NCBI RefSeq assembly: GCF_006345805.1
Contig: NC_042997.1
Location: forward strand, 54,188,001-54,252,000
DNA length: 64,000 bases
From: Octopus sinensis
Taxonomy: Eukaryota
Direction: 5' to 3'
The position numbers and the translations under genes were made by a program. A model generated the notes under the pieces. It ran no database searches and was not told the origin of the DNA. It saw only the letters and a list, made by a program, of their open reading frames with translations. Positions 1 through 12,796 of the stretch are shown here, in pieces. Within the stretch, counting starts at the first letter, position 1. The number at the start of each line of letters is the position of its first letter.

Positions 1-250
1 ATGTACCAGTTACGCACTGGAGTCGATATAATCGACTTATTCCGTTTGTTTGTCCTCTCTGTGTTTAGCCCCTTGTGGGTAGTAAAGAAACAGGTATTTC
101 GTCTGCCGCTACGTTGAGTTCAAATTCCGCCGAGGTCGACTTTGCCTTTCATCCTTTCGGGATCGATAAATTAAGTACCAGTTGCGTACTGGAGTCGATC
201 TAATCGACTGGCCCCCTTCCCCAAAATTTCGGACCTTGTGTCTAGAAAAT
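1..250 (+). mobile_element. tRNA-derived SINE family A, dimeric arrangement (5' part outside window)
   Basis: B-box GAGTTCAAATTCC, core AAGTACCAGTT...GTCGAT, tail CCTTGTGGGTAGTAAAGAAA joined to GGTATTTCGTCTG. Same family as 18538-19130 and 37125-37354. Confidence 0.8.
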
Positions 251-1727
251 ATTCTTTTAGGCACGAAGTCCTGGGGTAGTAATTTGAAGGCGATTCATAT
301 CACAGCCGTAAAACTAGAAAAAAAAAGCTATGACTGAATACAATTCAAGCACGAACATATTACATTTTCTAATGCTTCAAATGTGTATATTAAATCATTA
401 CATACATACGTAAGAGAGAGAGAGAGAGAGAGAGAGTGTGTGTAATAGATATTAATATCAATATATATTTAACAAGTACAGTATTGTTTAATCCAATATA
501 GCAGAAGGAAAGAAAGAAAGAAGGAAGGAAGGAAAGAAAGAAATGGTTATATATTAATATTTGAAACTTTATTGTTTATTCCTTTCGAAAACTTAATGAC
601 TATTTCTGGTATTCTAGTTTCTAGTTGTGTTTTCTTTTTAGCTTTGATTGTAATATGACGGATCATCCGTGTCATTCGTACGTTTCCCAAGGGTATTAGC
701 GGCCTAAAGGGAATAGTTTTAGCTGAGGAATGAAACTATATCTCGTCTCGATTACTGGAACTTACCACTTGTTTCTAATACTTACATAACACACATAACA
801 CACACTTAGTGATTGCTAACGTTCTCTCTCCCTCTCTTTCTTTCTCTCTCTCTCTCTCTTTCTCTCTTTCACTCATATACATACATGAGCGCGTGCGCAC
901 ACATACACGGATTAATGGATGCTTGAGGGTACGCACACATGTCTGTAAGATGCGCCAACATATTAGAAGCACATGCTATGTCGCTACATATTTATATGAG
1001 AGTGTACACGTTTGGGTATCGTACGTACGTATGTATGTTATTTAGATATTGCATTTGTTGGGTTTAAAATTACAATGAGTTTAAAGAAAAAGAACGAACT
1101 ACCTCTGAGAATACACACACACACACACTAACATAGAGTGAGGAAAGAAGCTGTCTGGTGTTTTGAAGGCAGCTTCAGTGTTGATCGACCTCAAGTTCAT
1201 CACCACCTCCTCTGCCTTACCTACTCGAACTATAAGGGAATCCGGTGTGAGAAAGCAGCCTTGCTGAGAGTTCTTCCTACATGACACTAACAGGCACAAC
1301 AGAATACTTAACTCTCTCTCTCGTCTCATGTCTGAAAAGATATGTTTTCCAGAGAGCAACAGATATAAGAACAAAACAATGTTTCTACTATCAGACAGAA
1401 GCTATCAAATGATACGACTGAACAAAGAATAGAATCAAACCAAACTGTGTGTATGAAAATTAGTGAAAAAAAGTGTTGGAGTTGTACTGTGGGACATTTA
1501 GAACTGTTCCGAATTTTACATTGTATTAAGTTTTAACAAGACACAGTATTATGCGAGCATAATTGAATTACACTGTGAAGTTACTATGCTATGTTTCAAT
1601 ACTCAGTTTCCCATATTTTCATAGAAATTTCACAACATTGTCATTTCTGCTGTCCCAATAGCAATTATCATTTCGTTTGAGTGAGAGGAGTGAGTCGTTT
1701 TCTTCGTTATTTTTATCTTTTCATCGC

Positions 1728-1885
1728 AGGCGTGGCCGTGTTAAGAAGCTTGCTTCCCAACTACATGGTTCCGGGTTCAATCCCACTGCGTGGCACCTTG
1801 GGCAAGTGCCTTCTGTTATAGCCTTGGGCTGACCACAGCCTTGTGAGTGGATTTGGTAGACGGAAACTGAAAGAAGCCCGTATTA
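1728..1885 (+). mobile_element. tRNA-derived SINE family B, head/body
   Basis: GCGTGGCCGTGTTAAGAAGC...GGTTCAATCCC...TTGGGCAAGTG...GAAACTGAAAGAAGCCCG, repeated many times in the window. Confidence 0.8.
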
Positions 1886-2189
1886 TATACATATATATAT
1901 ATAGCAGCAAATTGAGGAACGGCCATAATAGGCCGTTCAACCCACTAGAAATAACAGCCAAGGCTTCAACCGCAAAATAGTAGTAATTCCGTAAATCAGG
2001 AGAAAATTAAAAAACATTTACCCTGTTTCACTTTATACAATGCATTGTTTCATCGTTTTTTAATGGTAAATCAGCCTGATTAAATTAAATCAAGCTAATC
2101 TTCCATAGGCCAACAGATTCATCAGTAAAGTAAGCCAGGAGGGAGAGATATTTACACGAGGCAGCACCACTACCGCTTCGGCAATATCT

Positions 2190-2236
<47 letters not shown>

Positions 2237-3323
2237 CATATATGTACGTACCTACCTCTACATGTATATATACATACATATATGGGTACAGGGCACCAAA
2301 AAACGTCGAACACAATGAGAAACGAAAACATAAACACAAAACCAAAGAAATGGACATTTTTCTTAAACAACGAAAAAATAGAGTACAGAACATACAATAC
2401 AAGGAAAACTCCCCTTCTTCAGTCGCCTTTGTTTCATCTACTCCACGTTTCGAAATATATATATAAATTTAACAAGGGTGGAATTGCGCGAAAAATTACA
2501 CAGATGTGTAGAATGGTCCGGTGGTGATGCTGGGCTTTGTATTTTTTCAAAGCTTCCATGGTTACTGAGATAATCTACTATAATAATACTCTTGTGTTTA
2601 TGAATGAGAAAGGAAGGGGTGATGTCATACTTGCTAGTACACGCTGAAGAAATAAATCAAACAGCGTGAATATATGTGTGTGCATGTAAAAGAGGGGAGG
2701 GGTATGTGAATGTGTGTGCGCGTGTGTCCTTTTTTCTCTCCCCTCCTTAATTCTTCTGTCCCTCTGCTTCTACTTCTCTCTCTTCTCTTCCCACGTAACC
2801 GCCGGTCAGCCTAGCCTGTTCTTTTTTTTTCTTGGTCTGACCGCCGTCCGTGCAACATCGATACTCTTCCCTGTGTTTGTGAAATTTTTGTATCTCTGCC
2901 ATAAGGCTTCATTTCCACACGCGCCAGCTTAAATCAATTCGTCCTTAGTCGAAAGACACCTGTTGTTATGTCCTGTTATTATTTTTATTGTATTTATTAT
3001 TGTATTTATATTTGTGTAACTTTGTCCGTTTTTTTCCGTCCTTGTTTTTGTATACATTTGCTGCTTTCTTCAGCGAATCTAATGCCCATAGCTTAGGTTT
3101 TCCTTAGGGCTGGCAATCTCAAGAATAATCAGCCGAAATTGCGAGGATAATCTGGTGCTTGACTGAGGATAGAAAACTTCGAATGACCCGACCTTGTTTT
3201 CTTCGTATCGTCTATCTGGATGTTTTGTTGTCCTTTTTTGTATCACCTAGCTGTCCGGATGTTTTGCGTTCTTGTCCCATTTTGCATTATATATATATAT
3301 ATACATACATGCATATATATAAG

Positions 3324-4130
3324 CTAGTAGAAATACTCGGCGTTGCCCGGGTTAAAGAAAATAATGAAATTTAAAAACGCTCTCTAGATTACGTAGGTCT
3401 CAACTGCTAGTAGCACAGTGCAGGTGTCTCTCCAGGCCACTTCCTTGCTTTACAATGTATGCACTCAGTTGTCATTGCACCAATGAAACTCTAGTGTCAT
3501 CTGCGTATTGAACTGCTGGTTCGTAATTGAAAACTGCTTCATAGAAGTTGCTTCTCTGAGCTGTTGCAACTGCTCTTCATTCTGCAGTGGAGATCCTATT
3601 CCTTGTCAGCTGTGCATACCTCTGTTCATGACTTTGAGGTACTCTGGCTTTTGTAGTGCGCAGTTTGTTCGTTTCTTGGCGTGCTTCCCTTTCTGCAGCC
3701 GTCTTTCTTTCCCTGGACAGACATTCTTTTAGCTGACCTTGATATTGTAGACAAATTTGACACTTTCCTTCCGGGCATGGTTTTGTATACGTATACAGAA
3801 ATACACGAGTGCAGAAGATAACTTGGCAACAGAAATTATGTTTCTTAATGCGGCGGCCAGAAAATAAAAAAGAAATTTTTACGGAAAATAAAGTATTGTA
3901 CGAGTTGGCGCGAAATTTGTCACTCGGTGAACGAAATAGCCAGTATCGAAGGAACCAGGAAAAACTGTCAACAACAGAAAAACTGGATCTAGTTAAATTG
4001 ATTCACAAAATCAGCCCCCTTTAATTTTGTCCAGATTTCTTTCAATTTTGGTGTATCGATGCAACTCTGAATTTTAATTACGATGAACCAATTACTTCCT
4101 CTTGGGATCTTTTCGCTTTGACCGGCAGAT
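3324..4130 (-). mobile_element. Helitron remnant (3' hairpin + CTAG; RepHel N-terminal Zn-motif fragment)
   Basis: Minus strand ends in CCCGGGCAACGCCGAG...CTAG. 3400-3475 translates MTTECIHCKARKWPGETPALC, resembling the Helitron CxxCxAxK(F/W)xxE...CC motif. The 5' end is uncertain. Confidence 0.65.
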
Positions 4131-4144
4131 TTTAAAAATAATTT

Positions 4145-4150
4145 CTTTGA

Positions 4151-4228
<78 letters not shown>

Positions 4229-4300
4229 TGTAGTGATAGATAGATAGATGATAGATAGATAGATAGATAGAGATAGATAGATAGATAGATAGATAGATAA
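4145..4300. repeat. Compound microsatellite (GA)n-(TAGA)n-(CAGA)n
   Basis: Read directly from the sequence. Confidence 0.95.
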
Positions 4301-4754
4301 ACAGACAGACAGAAAGACGGATGGATTTGTGTGTGAGTGCGATATGTCCCGTTTTTATAAGCCAGCACTAACTTGCCGTTTACTGTACTAAAACCAAAAG
4401 TAATATCGGGTCTTTTGTGGGACACTTAAGTTGTTTCTTTTACGTTCGATTTAGTAACAGAATCCTTTGAAGAAACACAAAAAACGTAGTTCCTAAAAAT
4501 CTAAACGTTCCTTTATTTACGTGTAGTTGTTACGTCACTGACGCTAGAAATCCAGAAGTAAATATTTTCAAAAACTTTCAAAGACGTGAATGTAATATAG
4601 AAAGCAATATTTTTTCATTTTTAATTTAAAAAATCAGTGAAGAGCCATGCATCGCAAATATGGAAGCATTTGATGAAGCCGTTTTCGTGTAAAAAGTAAA
4701 TTCACACACTTCTCTATTATATATATAAGATGAGATAAAACTTACTTGGAAATG

Positions 4755-4980
4755 GATGCAGTGGCATTCAGTCGTGAATTGCTCGAAATACGAAGTAGAA
4801 AAACAACCGACAACTGATGAGGGGTCGTTCTTTATGTTGCTTGTCACGTTTTCCATTTGTTTCCTTCGTTGTTTGCAACAAAGAGTTCGTATTCCATGTT
4901 TTCGTATTTCATGTTGTGACGTCCTGTGCCCATATATGCATATGTATATACATATATAAGTATGTACATATATGTATATA

Positions 4981-5047
<67 letters not shown>

Positions 5048-6030
5048 TATATGTATATATATATAAATATATATTATCTATATAATTATATGAGTGAACG
5101 TCTCGCATCCATTTCCAAGTAAGTTTTATCTTAATTTCCTTGCGACCCTTATTGTTCAATTTCTATCTCTTTCTATTTCTCTCTCCCCTTTGTTTCCTCT
5201 CTCTTCCTGTCTCTAATTCTTTTTATCTCCCCTTCTCCCCCTTTCGTTGTTTTCTCTCACATCTTTTCTCTAATTCTTTTCCTCTTCCCTTTGCCGTTCT
5301 CTGTCTGTCCCTCTCTCCCTCATTCTTCCGCCTTTGCTCTCTCGTTGCTCGCACGTGACCATCGGCCATCTTTCTTTTCCTAACTTGAATTTCTTTCTCT
5401 CCTTCAGATCAGACGCATTCTTGTCTGTCTCCTGTCAGAGCGTGTTCCTCCAGCGTTCGCCACTTCACCTCGTTTAGGCTTAGCAACCCTTCCTGTTTGT
5501 TTTCACTGTCCTGTTTTTGTTACCAACTTTGAACATCCGCAAAATCCCAAATTTTATTTAATTTGCTTTGCGGGAGCAGTTGTTTTGTCGAAGGCGTATC
5601 TTGTCATGAATTGCTCTAAATACGGAGTAGAGAAACAGCCGACAACTGATGAAGGGTCGTCCTTTATGTTGCTTGTCTTGTTTTCTATTTGCTTCCTTCG
5701 TTGTTTGCAAAAAAAAAAGAAAAAAGTTCGTACTCCATGTTTTTGTATTTCATGTTGTTTACGTTCTGTGACGTCTTGTGCCCATATATGCATGCATGTA
5801 TGTATATGTGTGTGTATTTGCGTGTCTGTGTTTGTCCCTCTACCATCGCTTGGCAACCGATATTGGTTCGTTTACGTCTCCTTAGCGGTTCAGCAAAAGA
5901 GAGCGACAAAATAAGTACTAGGCTTACAAAGAGTAAGTCATGGGGGTGATTTCTTCGACGAAAGGCGGTGCTCCAGCATGGCCGCAGTCAAATTACAGAA
6001 ACAAGTAAAAGAATAAAATGCAATAATATG

Positions 6031-6071
<41 letters not shown>

Positions 6072-6135
6072 GAGTGAACGCCTCGCATCCATTTCCAAGT
6101 TTTATCTTAATTTCGATGCGACCCTTATTGTTCAT
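4755..6135 (+). repeat. Two diverged direct copies (about 4755-5160 and 5605-6135) of a dispersed repeat block; the second contains a family-B SINE tail (5805-6015)
   Basis: Shared GACAACTGATGA..GGGTCG.CTTTATGTTGCTTGTC and TATATGAGTGAACG.CTCGCATCCATTTCCAAGT segments. A more distant copy lies on the minus strand at 2285-2455. Confidence 0.7.
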
Positions 6136-6165
6136 GTGGTTGATAAGCAAGCCACTCCTATATAT

Positions 6166-6254
<89 letters not shown>

Positions 6255-6261
6255 AATAATG

Positions 6262-6505
6262 CACCCTTTTAAAGCCTAGCCTGGCTCATGGGCCCGGTTC
6301 CCCGGTTTCAATGGCGTATGTGTTCCCCAGCTGGACGGGACGCCCATCCATCGCAGCGTTACTCATTTTTGCCAGTTGAGTGGACTGGAGCAACGCGAAA
6401 TGAAGTGTTTTGCTCAAGAACACAACGTGACACCCGGTCCAGGAATCGAAACCACAATCTTACGATCATGATGCTGACACCCTAACCGCTGAGCCACGCG
6501 CCTCC
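6262..6505 (-). mobile_element. tRNA-derived SINE family C (CORE-like central domain)
   Basis: A/B boxes GGCTCAGCGGTTAG / GGTTTCGATTCC followed by TGTTCTTGAGCAAAACACTT...CCAGTCCACTCA. Relatives at 39965-40275, 46375-46695 and 62390-62695. Confidence 0.75.
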
Positions 6506-6846
6506 ACACACACACACACGCACACACACACACTCTCACACACGCACATATATACACATACATACTTCCATTTTTTTCCCTTTTGTTTTAGTCCTTTTTT
6601 TCTTGTTTGCCCTTTTTGATATAACCCCTTGTTTTTTTGTTTGTTTGTTTTTTCAAGTGATGGATAACATATTTTACTGATTTCCCCAATCTTAAAACAT
6701 GCAAACAAACATACACTCACACGCTTATCCCCACATGCATAGGTGTATATAAATATGTATGTGTATGTATGTATGTGTGTGTGTGTGTGGTGTGTGTGTG
6801 TGTGTATGTGTGTGTGGTGTGTGTGTGTGTATACACACATATATAC

Positions 6847-7363
6847 ATCAGCGGCGACTCCGGCACTCGAGCTGTTCGGGGCTTAGCCCGAGTATAAATT
6901 GAGTAAAGTGAACGTGTATTTGCAAGCTGATTTAATTTCTGCCAACATCGACTTCAAGTATGTAATTGCAGCCAATAACCCGGGCCCCTTTTATTGAGCC
7001 TGGTCGCAGCATCTTAGAGGTGCCCTGTGCCAAAAAATATCATTTGTAGCAGACTTTCTCTCGTGCCTGAAGCGAGCTCAGAAGTTCCGGCTTGAGTTGT
7101 TATCTACAATATAATCGTAAAAATTAAAAGTAAACCAAATTCAATGTTTTCTTGAAACAATAAATTTCTATAGAGATTAGGACTTAAATTCCAATCTATG
7201 AAAACTTTCCGTTCTACAATATTCTTAAAGGAACGAAATGTTATCCAGCAACTCGGACTAATAATACGAACGAGTCTTGTAAAGAGTACAGGCGACAGTC
7301 AGATCGCTGTTTGCTGTGCACGCTCCTGTGATGAGCCCGAGTGAAGCTGAAGACCCGGAGTCG

Positions 7364-7371
<8 letters not shown>
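6847..7371. mobile_element. MITE-like element with 17-bp TIRs (ATCAGCGGCGACTCCGG / CCGGAGTCGACTCTGAT), superfamily unassigned
   Basis: 15/17 matching inverted termini in TA-rich flanks. A related right end occurs at about 8650-8949. Confidence 0.6.
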
Positions 7372-7438
<67 letters not shown>

Positions 7439-7686
7439 GTATATACAAGATAAGAAAATGGAGAAATACATCTAAATCAAATATCAATTACCAGATAATA
7501 CTCAATCACATACTTTATTAAACCACCACATAAGAGACTGTAGGGTTAAATATAAAAACAGAACAAATCAGTGTACATAAAGGAATGTACATAAAAAAGT
7601 GTACATAAAAGGGTAATGTTGTATAATAAGTAGAATATGTATAAAAGAGAATATAAATATAAGTAAATATAAATATAAGTATAGAT

Positions 7687-7822
7687 TACATCTTACAGCT
7701 GTTTCGGCCATGTAGATAAGTATGTCTCATTTTACCAATATTAGCCTTTTATGGTAGGTCAATATATAGATATAAATGAGACATTTACAAACATATCATA
7801 AGGCCTCTTCGGAGATTATGTA
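7687..7822 (-). ncRNA. Minimal type I hammerhead ribozyme fold within a Penelope-like remnant (about 7440-7900)
   Basis: Minus strand reads TACATAATCT-CCGAAGA-GGCC...GGCC-GAAAC-AGCT-G-TA-AGATGTA: stem I, a core with U4>C, stem II with an extra perfect 11-bp hairpin, and a 1-bp + palindromic stem III. Cleavage would be after GUA (7694/7693). Confidence 0.6.
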
Positions 7823-7904
7823 GTATAAATCAGTCTACATATATACCCACATGGGTGTGGATGTTATCCCATGGAGGGTTGCATTTACAACCCCTATCTC
7901 AATT

Positions 7905-7942
<38 letters not shown>

Positions 7943-9629
7943 CATATATATATATCTATATATATACTTTTATTTATTTATTCTTTTAGTTGTTTCAGTC
8001 ATTTGACTGCGGCCATTTCATATCTCTCTCGGAAAGGAAAGTACGGATGGAGAGGTAAGTGCTGTCTTATACCAAATTTGTAGTAAGGTGGATGAGTAGC
8101 AAAAATGACCGGAATAAACGAGTAGCTACTCTGATTATGCGTCTATAGATTGAAGTAGGAGTACAGGGAGAAGGTAGTTGCTCTAGTGGACAGAATAACC
8201 GCGGTTTTGTGGGGTTTTCACGGGGAGCTCTCCATTTTGGGGAATTATTTTATGTTTGGGATCTTTTCCTTTTGAACGGCAGATGTCAACACAATTTCTT
8301 TGTAACTAAACGCTTTTAAACTTCGTATACTGGTAGAATGTGTTTATAAAACATCATTTTTTCTTGGCTTTATTGAGAAAATTCTATATGTTATAACATA
8401 TTCCCACTTTCAAATCGAGCATTTTGGCAATTTTAACCAATCGCTCACCTCCATTTGGGGTGAAAAGATTCCGTGCTGTATGAATATGCCCCTCGTTTAA
8501 GAAACAGATTGGGTCATTGCATCGTCCTGTACCGGCCTCGACCTTTTTGTGAAACATTAGTGATTAATAAAGAAACTACTACTACTACTACTACTACTAC
8601 CATCACGACGACGACGAACGAGCCTTGTAGGTGTAAAAGATAAACTGGCATCTCTTGTCAAGAATATAGGCGACAGTCGGATAGCTGATGTTTGTTGTGC
8701 ACTTCGCTGTCGTTATTTTTTTTGCTGTTATTCTGTGCGTCTGTGTGTAAAGATCAGTTGTGTTTTGCAGGATTGCTCTATTTTTACCCTAAACTTCGAA
8801 ATGGAGAAAGACATAGTGCTAGATATAAAAAATAAGACATTTGGGGTTAGAAATTAAGCGGGAAAATGTGAAATTCTTTGAGCAAGCATGTGTCTTATGC
8901 GAAATGTGGTGAGCCCGAGTGACGCTGATGGCCTGGGGTCGCCTCTGATATATATATAAGAAAAATGTTTCCTTGACATTGGTTTGTCTTCGAGGCTGGC
9001 ATCACCTTCTTTGAAACCGCTGATTCATTCTGTGTCACATGTTCTTTGATAGTTCCTAGGGCTTCCACATCATTAATTTCTTTTGATGCTGCCTTTGCGC
9101 TTAGTCCTTTTTCTTCAGGTAGCGTAAAATGATTCTAAGTGCATTTTTTTTCTTCACTACTCATTATCAAAGCTGTAAAATAAAGGACAAACAATTAATG
9201 TTTATAAGTTATATATGAAAATAAAGAATGAACAATTCAGTAACGATTGGACAGCAAGCTGTATCAAATTAATAAATAACAAGGCGGTACAAGTTGCCAA
9301 AAATCATCAGTGAAAATCCGAAAAAACTTTTGACTCAACCCGAGTATACATGTATGCATGTGTGTATGATAGTTTCCACATTAATCTCGTATTGACCAAT
9401 ACGGTCGACAGAAACTACAGCAGAATAGTCCGTTCATCAGCTGTCGACTGTATATCGCTGTCAACAGTATCATTCCCTCCAGTTATCCGAAGCATCTTGT
9501 TTCTTTGGGCCCACACTTGAGCGCGGCTTTCCCCTGTTTTGTCTAATCAGGCAACACACCAAACCGAGTGCAACTGTAACCATCTAATCATGCAGCAGCT
9601 AATTTGTTTTACCACTCGCTGAGTATTTG

Positions 9630-10740
9630 TTCTTTACTCATATATTTGATCTTTCAGATTTCGCTGGCACGCCCATGATGAAGCATATTTTATTTCATAT
9701 TCCATTTCATTCTCCAGTTCACGAATTAGTGCTCTGCTTTCCTTCTTCAGTGCAATGTCAGCCAAGTAGGACACAATGGATTTAACTACAGGTTCGCGAC
9801 AGCCCGCCGCACTGGAAACACTACACGTTGCTATCCGCCTACCCAATGTAGTCACCAAAATTCATATTTTAACCCTTCGCCAGACACCTTCAACTCAAAA
9901 TTGCAGTTATTTTCTGCCAGGTCAGACCATGTCAATCAGGTCAAGTCATTATCTCGTTATTGCAGTATGGCTAGGGAACACGAACGCTTCCTTCAAATTC
10001 ACTCACAGCTTCAGTCATTAGCACTATGCAGAGATCTGGGTTTCAGTTTTCCTTTCTTTACGTTTCTGCGTTGTCTTTTTCAGTGTTGATATTCATTGCA
10101 ATGGTCTGTTACATGATGTTTTAGTGCATCAGCAAAGAGTTCCTACACTTGGTTATGCTGCCTGGCATATGCTACATGAACATGTAGAACTTGCTCCAGA
10201 ATATATTCCAACGATGCATAACCTCCGCGCCAAGGAGAATCAGAAATGTCACTCCAGCCCCACCACCTTTTTAGTTGGAATCACAGCCAACCCACCTCTT
10301 CTCTCAGGATGACTTGCAATCTGGCTAGCTCCATTTCCTACAATATACTCTGTCTCCCTTCCCGCCCATGCGCATTGGCTTCTAAAAACTACTACTTTAA
10401 TCGCACGCTTCTCTTCTTTAATATAATGCGTTTTTTTCCCTTCATATCTCACTTCTTCAATATAACATTTTTTACTCACATCTCGCCTGTTTGTTTCGCT
10501 GGCGGTATATCCATTTGTTCCGAATTCATCCCAGCTCAGCCTGTGTGTTCTACACCCCACCCATCACCTCTTTCATGTCCAGGGTGGTCTCTGCCACCTC
10601 AGCAGCTTTTCTCACGCTCTATTTCCTTTCATAAACACTGGTCCGCACAACAGCGGAATCCACCAAATCCCGTAACATCACGTCGGGCTTTTGCTACTTT
10701 GAACCCCTTTAATGATTCTGTCAAATCATCAGCGCTTTAC
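9630..10740 (-). mobile_element. Degenerate 5'-truncated HERO-like (R2 superfamily, RLE-type) non-LTR retrotransposon
   Basis: Frameshifted minus-strand peptides KPDVMLRDLVD..RK*SVRKAAEVAETTLDMKEVMG, SLEYIL...YARQHNQV*ELFADAL, VNLKEAFVFPSHTAITR..LDLI and GCREPVVKSI..YASSW. These parallel, in order, HERO motifs (RKWSA..A...E..L, LEHIL...YTWRHNQVL, L.FP.HI..T.LRPD, GCRGF...AS.W) as I recall them. Confidence 0.65.
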
Positions 10741-12269
10741 ACGCGCGCGCGCGTATGTGTGTGCGTGTACGTATATGCACACATACATTAATAGCAAACT
10801 GGAAGAATGAGTACTCAACACTGAAATTTTTGTCACACACACACACACACACACATAAACGCGCGCCAACATAGACACAAAAAAATGTGTGGGGTGACCC
10901 CCATACCTACTTTCTACCTGAAAATCTATATAATTCATCCTTTTCTATTTCTTTGTACACTTAAATATCATACTAACCCCAGTATTACCCATAAAGCTTT
11001 GAACAAAATTTTTCGCATTATACTCGAGTATATTGCGCTAACCCCCCCCCCCCCCACACACACATTTATATACATATATGTATATATATGTTCGCTATGC
11101 ATAGAGATACAAACGCACGCACACACACATATATCACACATACACACACACACACCACACACACGGAATAAGAGTTTTATCCATGTTAAGCGTAAGCTAT
11201 AGTAACATTTTTTTAAATGTGTACTCTGTCCTTTACATATATTGATATTTGCTTCGAGATGTCTTGAACGATTGAAAGTACGCTATGAAAGTGCGTGTAT
11301 GTGTGCGCGCGCGCGCGTGTGTGTGTGTATGTGTCTATTTTTCTGTATGTAATTTTGTATGAGTGTACGTGTGTGTGCATGCGTACGTGCGTGCGTGCAT
11401 GCGCGCTTATGTGGAGAGAAGTGTGTATATGTGTAAATATTTTTTATTCAAAGTTGAAACGACGTGTGTTTGGGTACATGACAAAATACAAACAAAACGC
11501 GTGTGTTCAATGACGTACATGCTATATATTATCTCGATTAGTATTCAATAGCCCTTTTCCTCTAATGATTTTTACATCTGTAGTGCAAATTCGTTGTCGA
11601 CGTGAAGATAGCAGATTTTGTGACGTTCATCTTATTCGCTGACGCATTTGCGACGTCAGTCAATTGAACTGTGAACGAAGTAGGTATCGGCTAATTGTGT
11701 TGACCCTCAAAGAACTGGCATAAGGAAGTGTTTACGAGGAAAACTCTGATACACATCGCTTCACATATCTTTGTGTTTATAGTGATATACAAGAGAGATG
11801 TATATGACTACAGCTATGTGAACGAAGAAAGTTTTAGTACATTAAGAATAAAACATATCTATGGATGTGCATCAGATGTTTTATACGTGCAGTTATTATA
11901 TGCATGTATATATAAGTGGTAAATGAAGTTTTATATACAGACACAGATAAATAACGTAAAGTTTTTATAAATATGTGTAAACAAGCATCTATGTATGTGT
12001 TTATGCCTGAACTTTGATTTATATATGTGTGGACCTTCATTTAAATATGTTTGCACATAAAAAATACTTACGCATGCATACGATTCACTTAGATGTACAA
12101 AAATATAAATATAATATGCATGTCTGAAAGTGTTCGTGCGAACATTGTGCGAGAGAAGTTATACATTGTATTTAAAGGGTGTAAGAAGTGTGTAGGGTTT
12201 CATACATGCGCGTGTGTATATTATATACATGCGCGCGTGTATTATATATATATAGAGAGAGAGACGCAT

Positions 12270-12761
12270 GCATATGGCTCCGGGTTCAGTCCCACTGCGT
12301 GTCTTCTTGGACATAGCCTCGGGTCGACCAATGCCTTGTGAATAGATTTGGTAGACGGAAACTGAAAAAAGCCCGTCGTATATATATATATAAGTATATG
12401 TTTGTGTGTCTGTGTTTGTCCCCCCCACCATCGCTTGACAACCGATGCTGGTGTGTCCCCCGTAACTTAGCAGTTCGGCAAAAGTTATCGATAGAATCGG
12501 TACTAAGCTTACAAAGAATAAGTCCTGAGGTGGTACTCCAGCATAGCCACAGTCGGATGGCTGAAACAAGTAAAAGAATAACAGAATATATATACATACA
12601 TATATATATACCAAGAGAAACAGTCAGAATGAAGGGGAGTAAATCCCGCATGACTATTTTGCCCACGGGCATATAGCGTAATGGTTAAGAGCGCGGGCTA
12701 CTAACCCCAAGATTGCGAGTGCAATACTAGGCAGTGCCATAAATAAATAAATAAGTAAATA

Positions 12762-12796
<35 letters not shown>

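Noticed and set aside
3095-3190. Hammerhead candidate around GGCTG...CAGCC-GAAA
   Set aside because: Stem II and GAAA are present, but there is no recognisable CUGANGA 5' of the stem and no clear UH cleavage site.
10246-10791. 181-aa plus-strand ORF as ADAMTS exon 1 or a separate gene
   Set aside because: It is the antisense of the HERO-like remnant. A better exon 1 with its own promoter lies at 13726.
12667-12735. tRNA gene candidate
   Set aside because: It has an A-box and anticodon-like arm, but the B-box is degenerate and the acceptor stem does not close. Treated as a SINE head.
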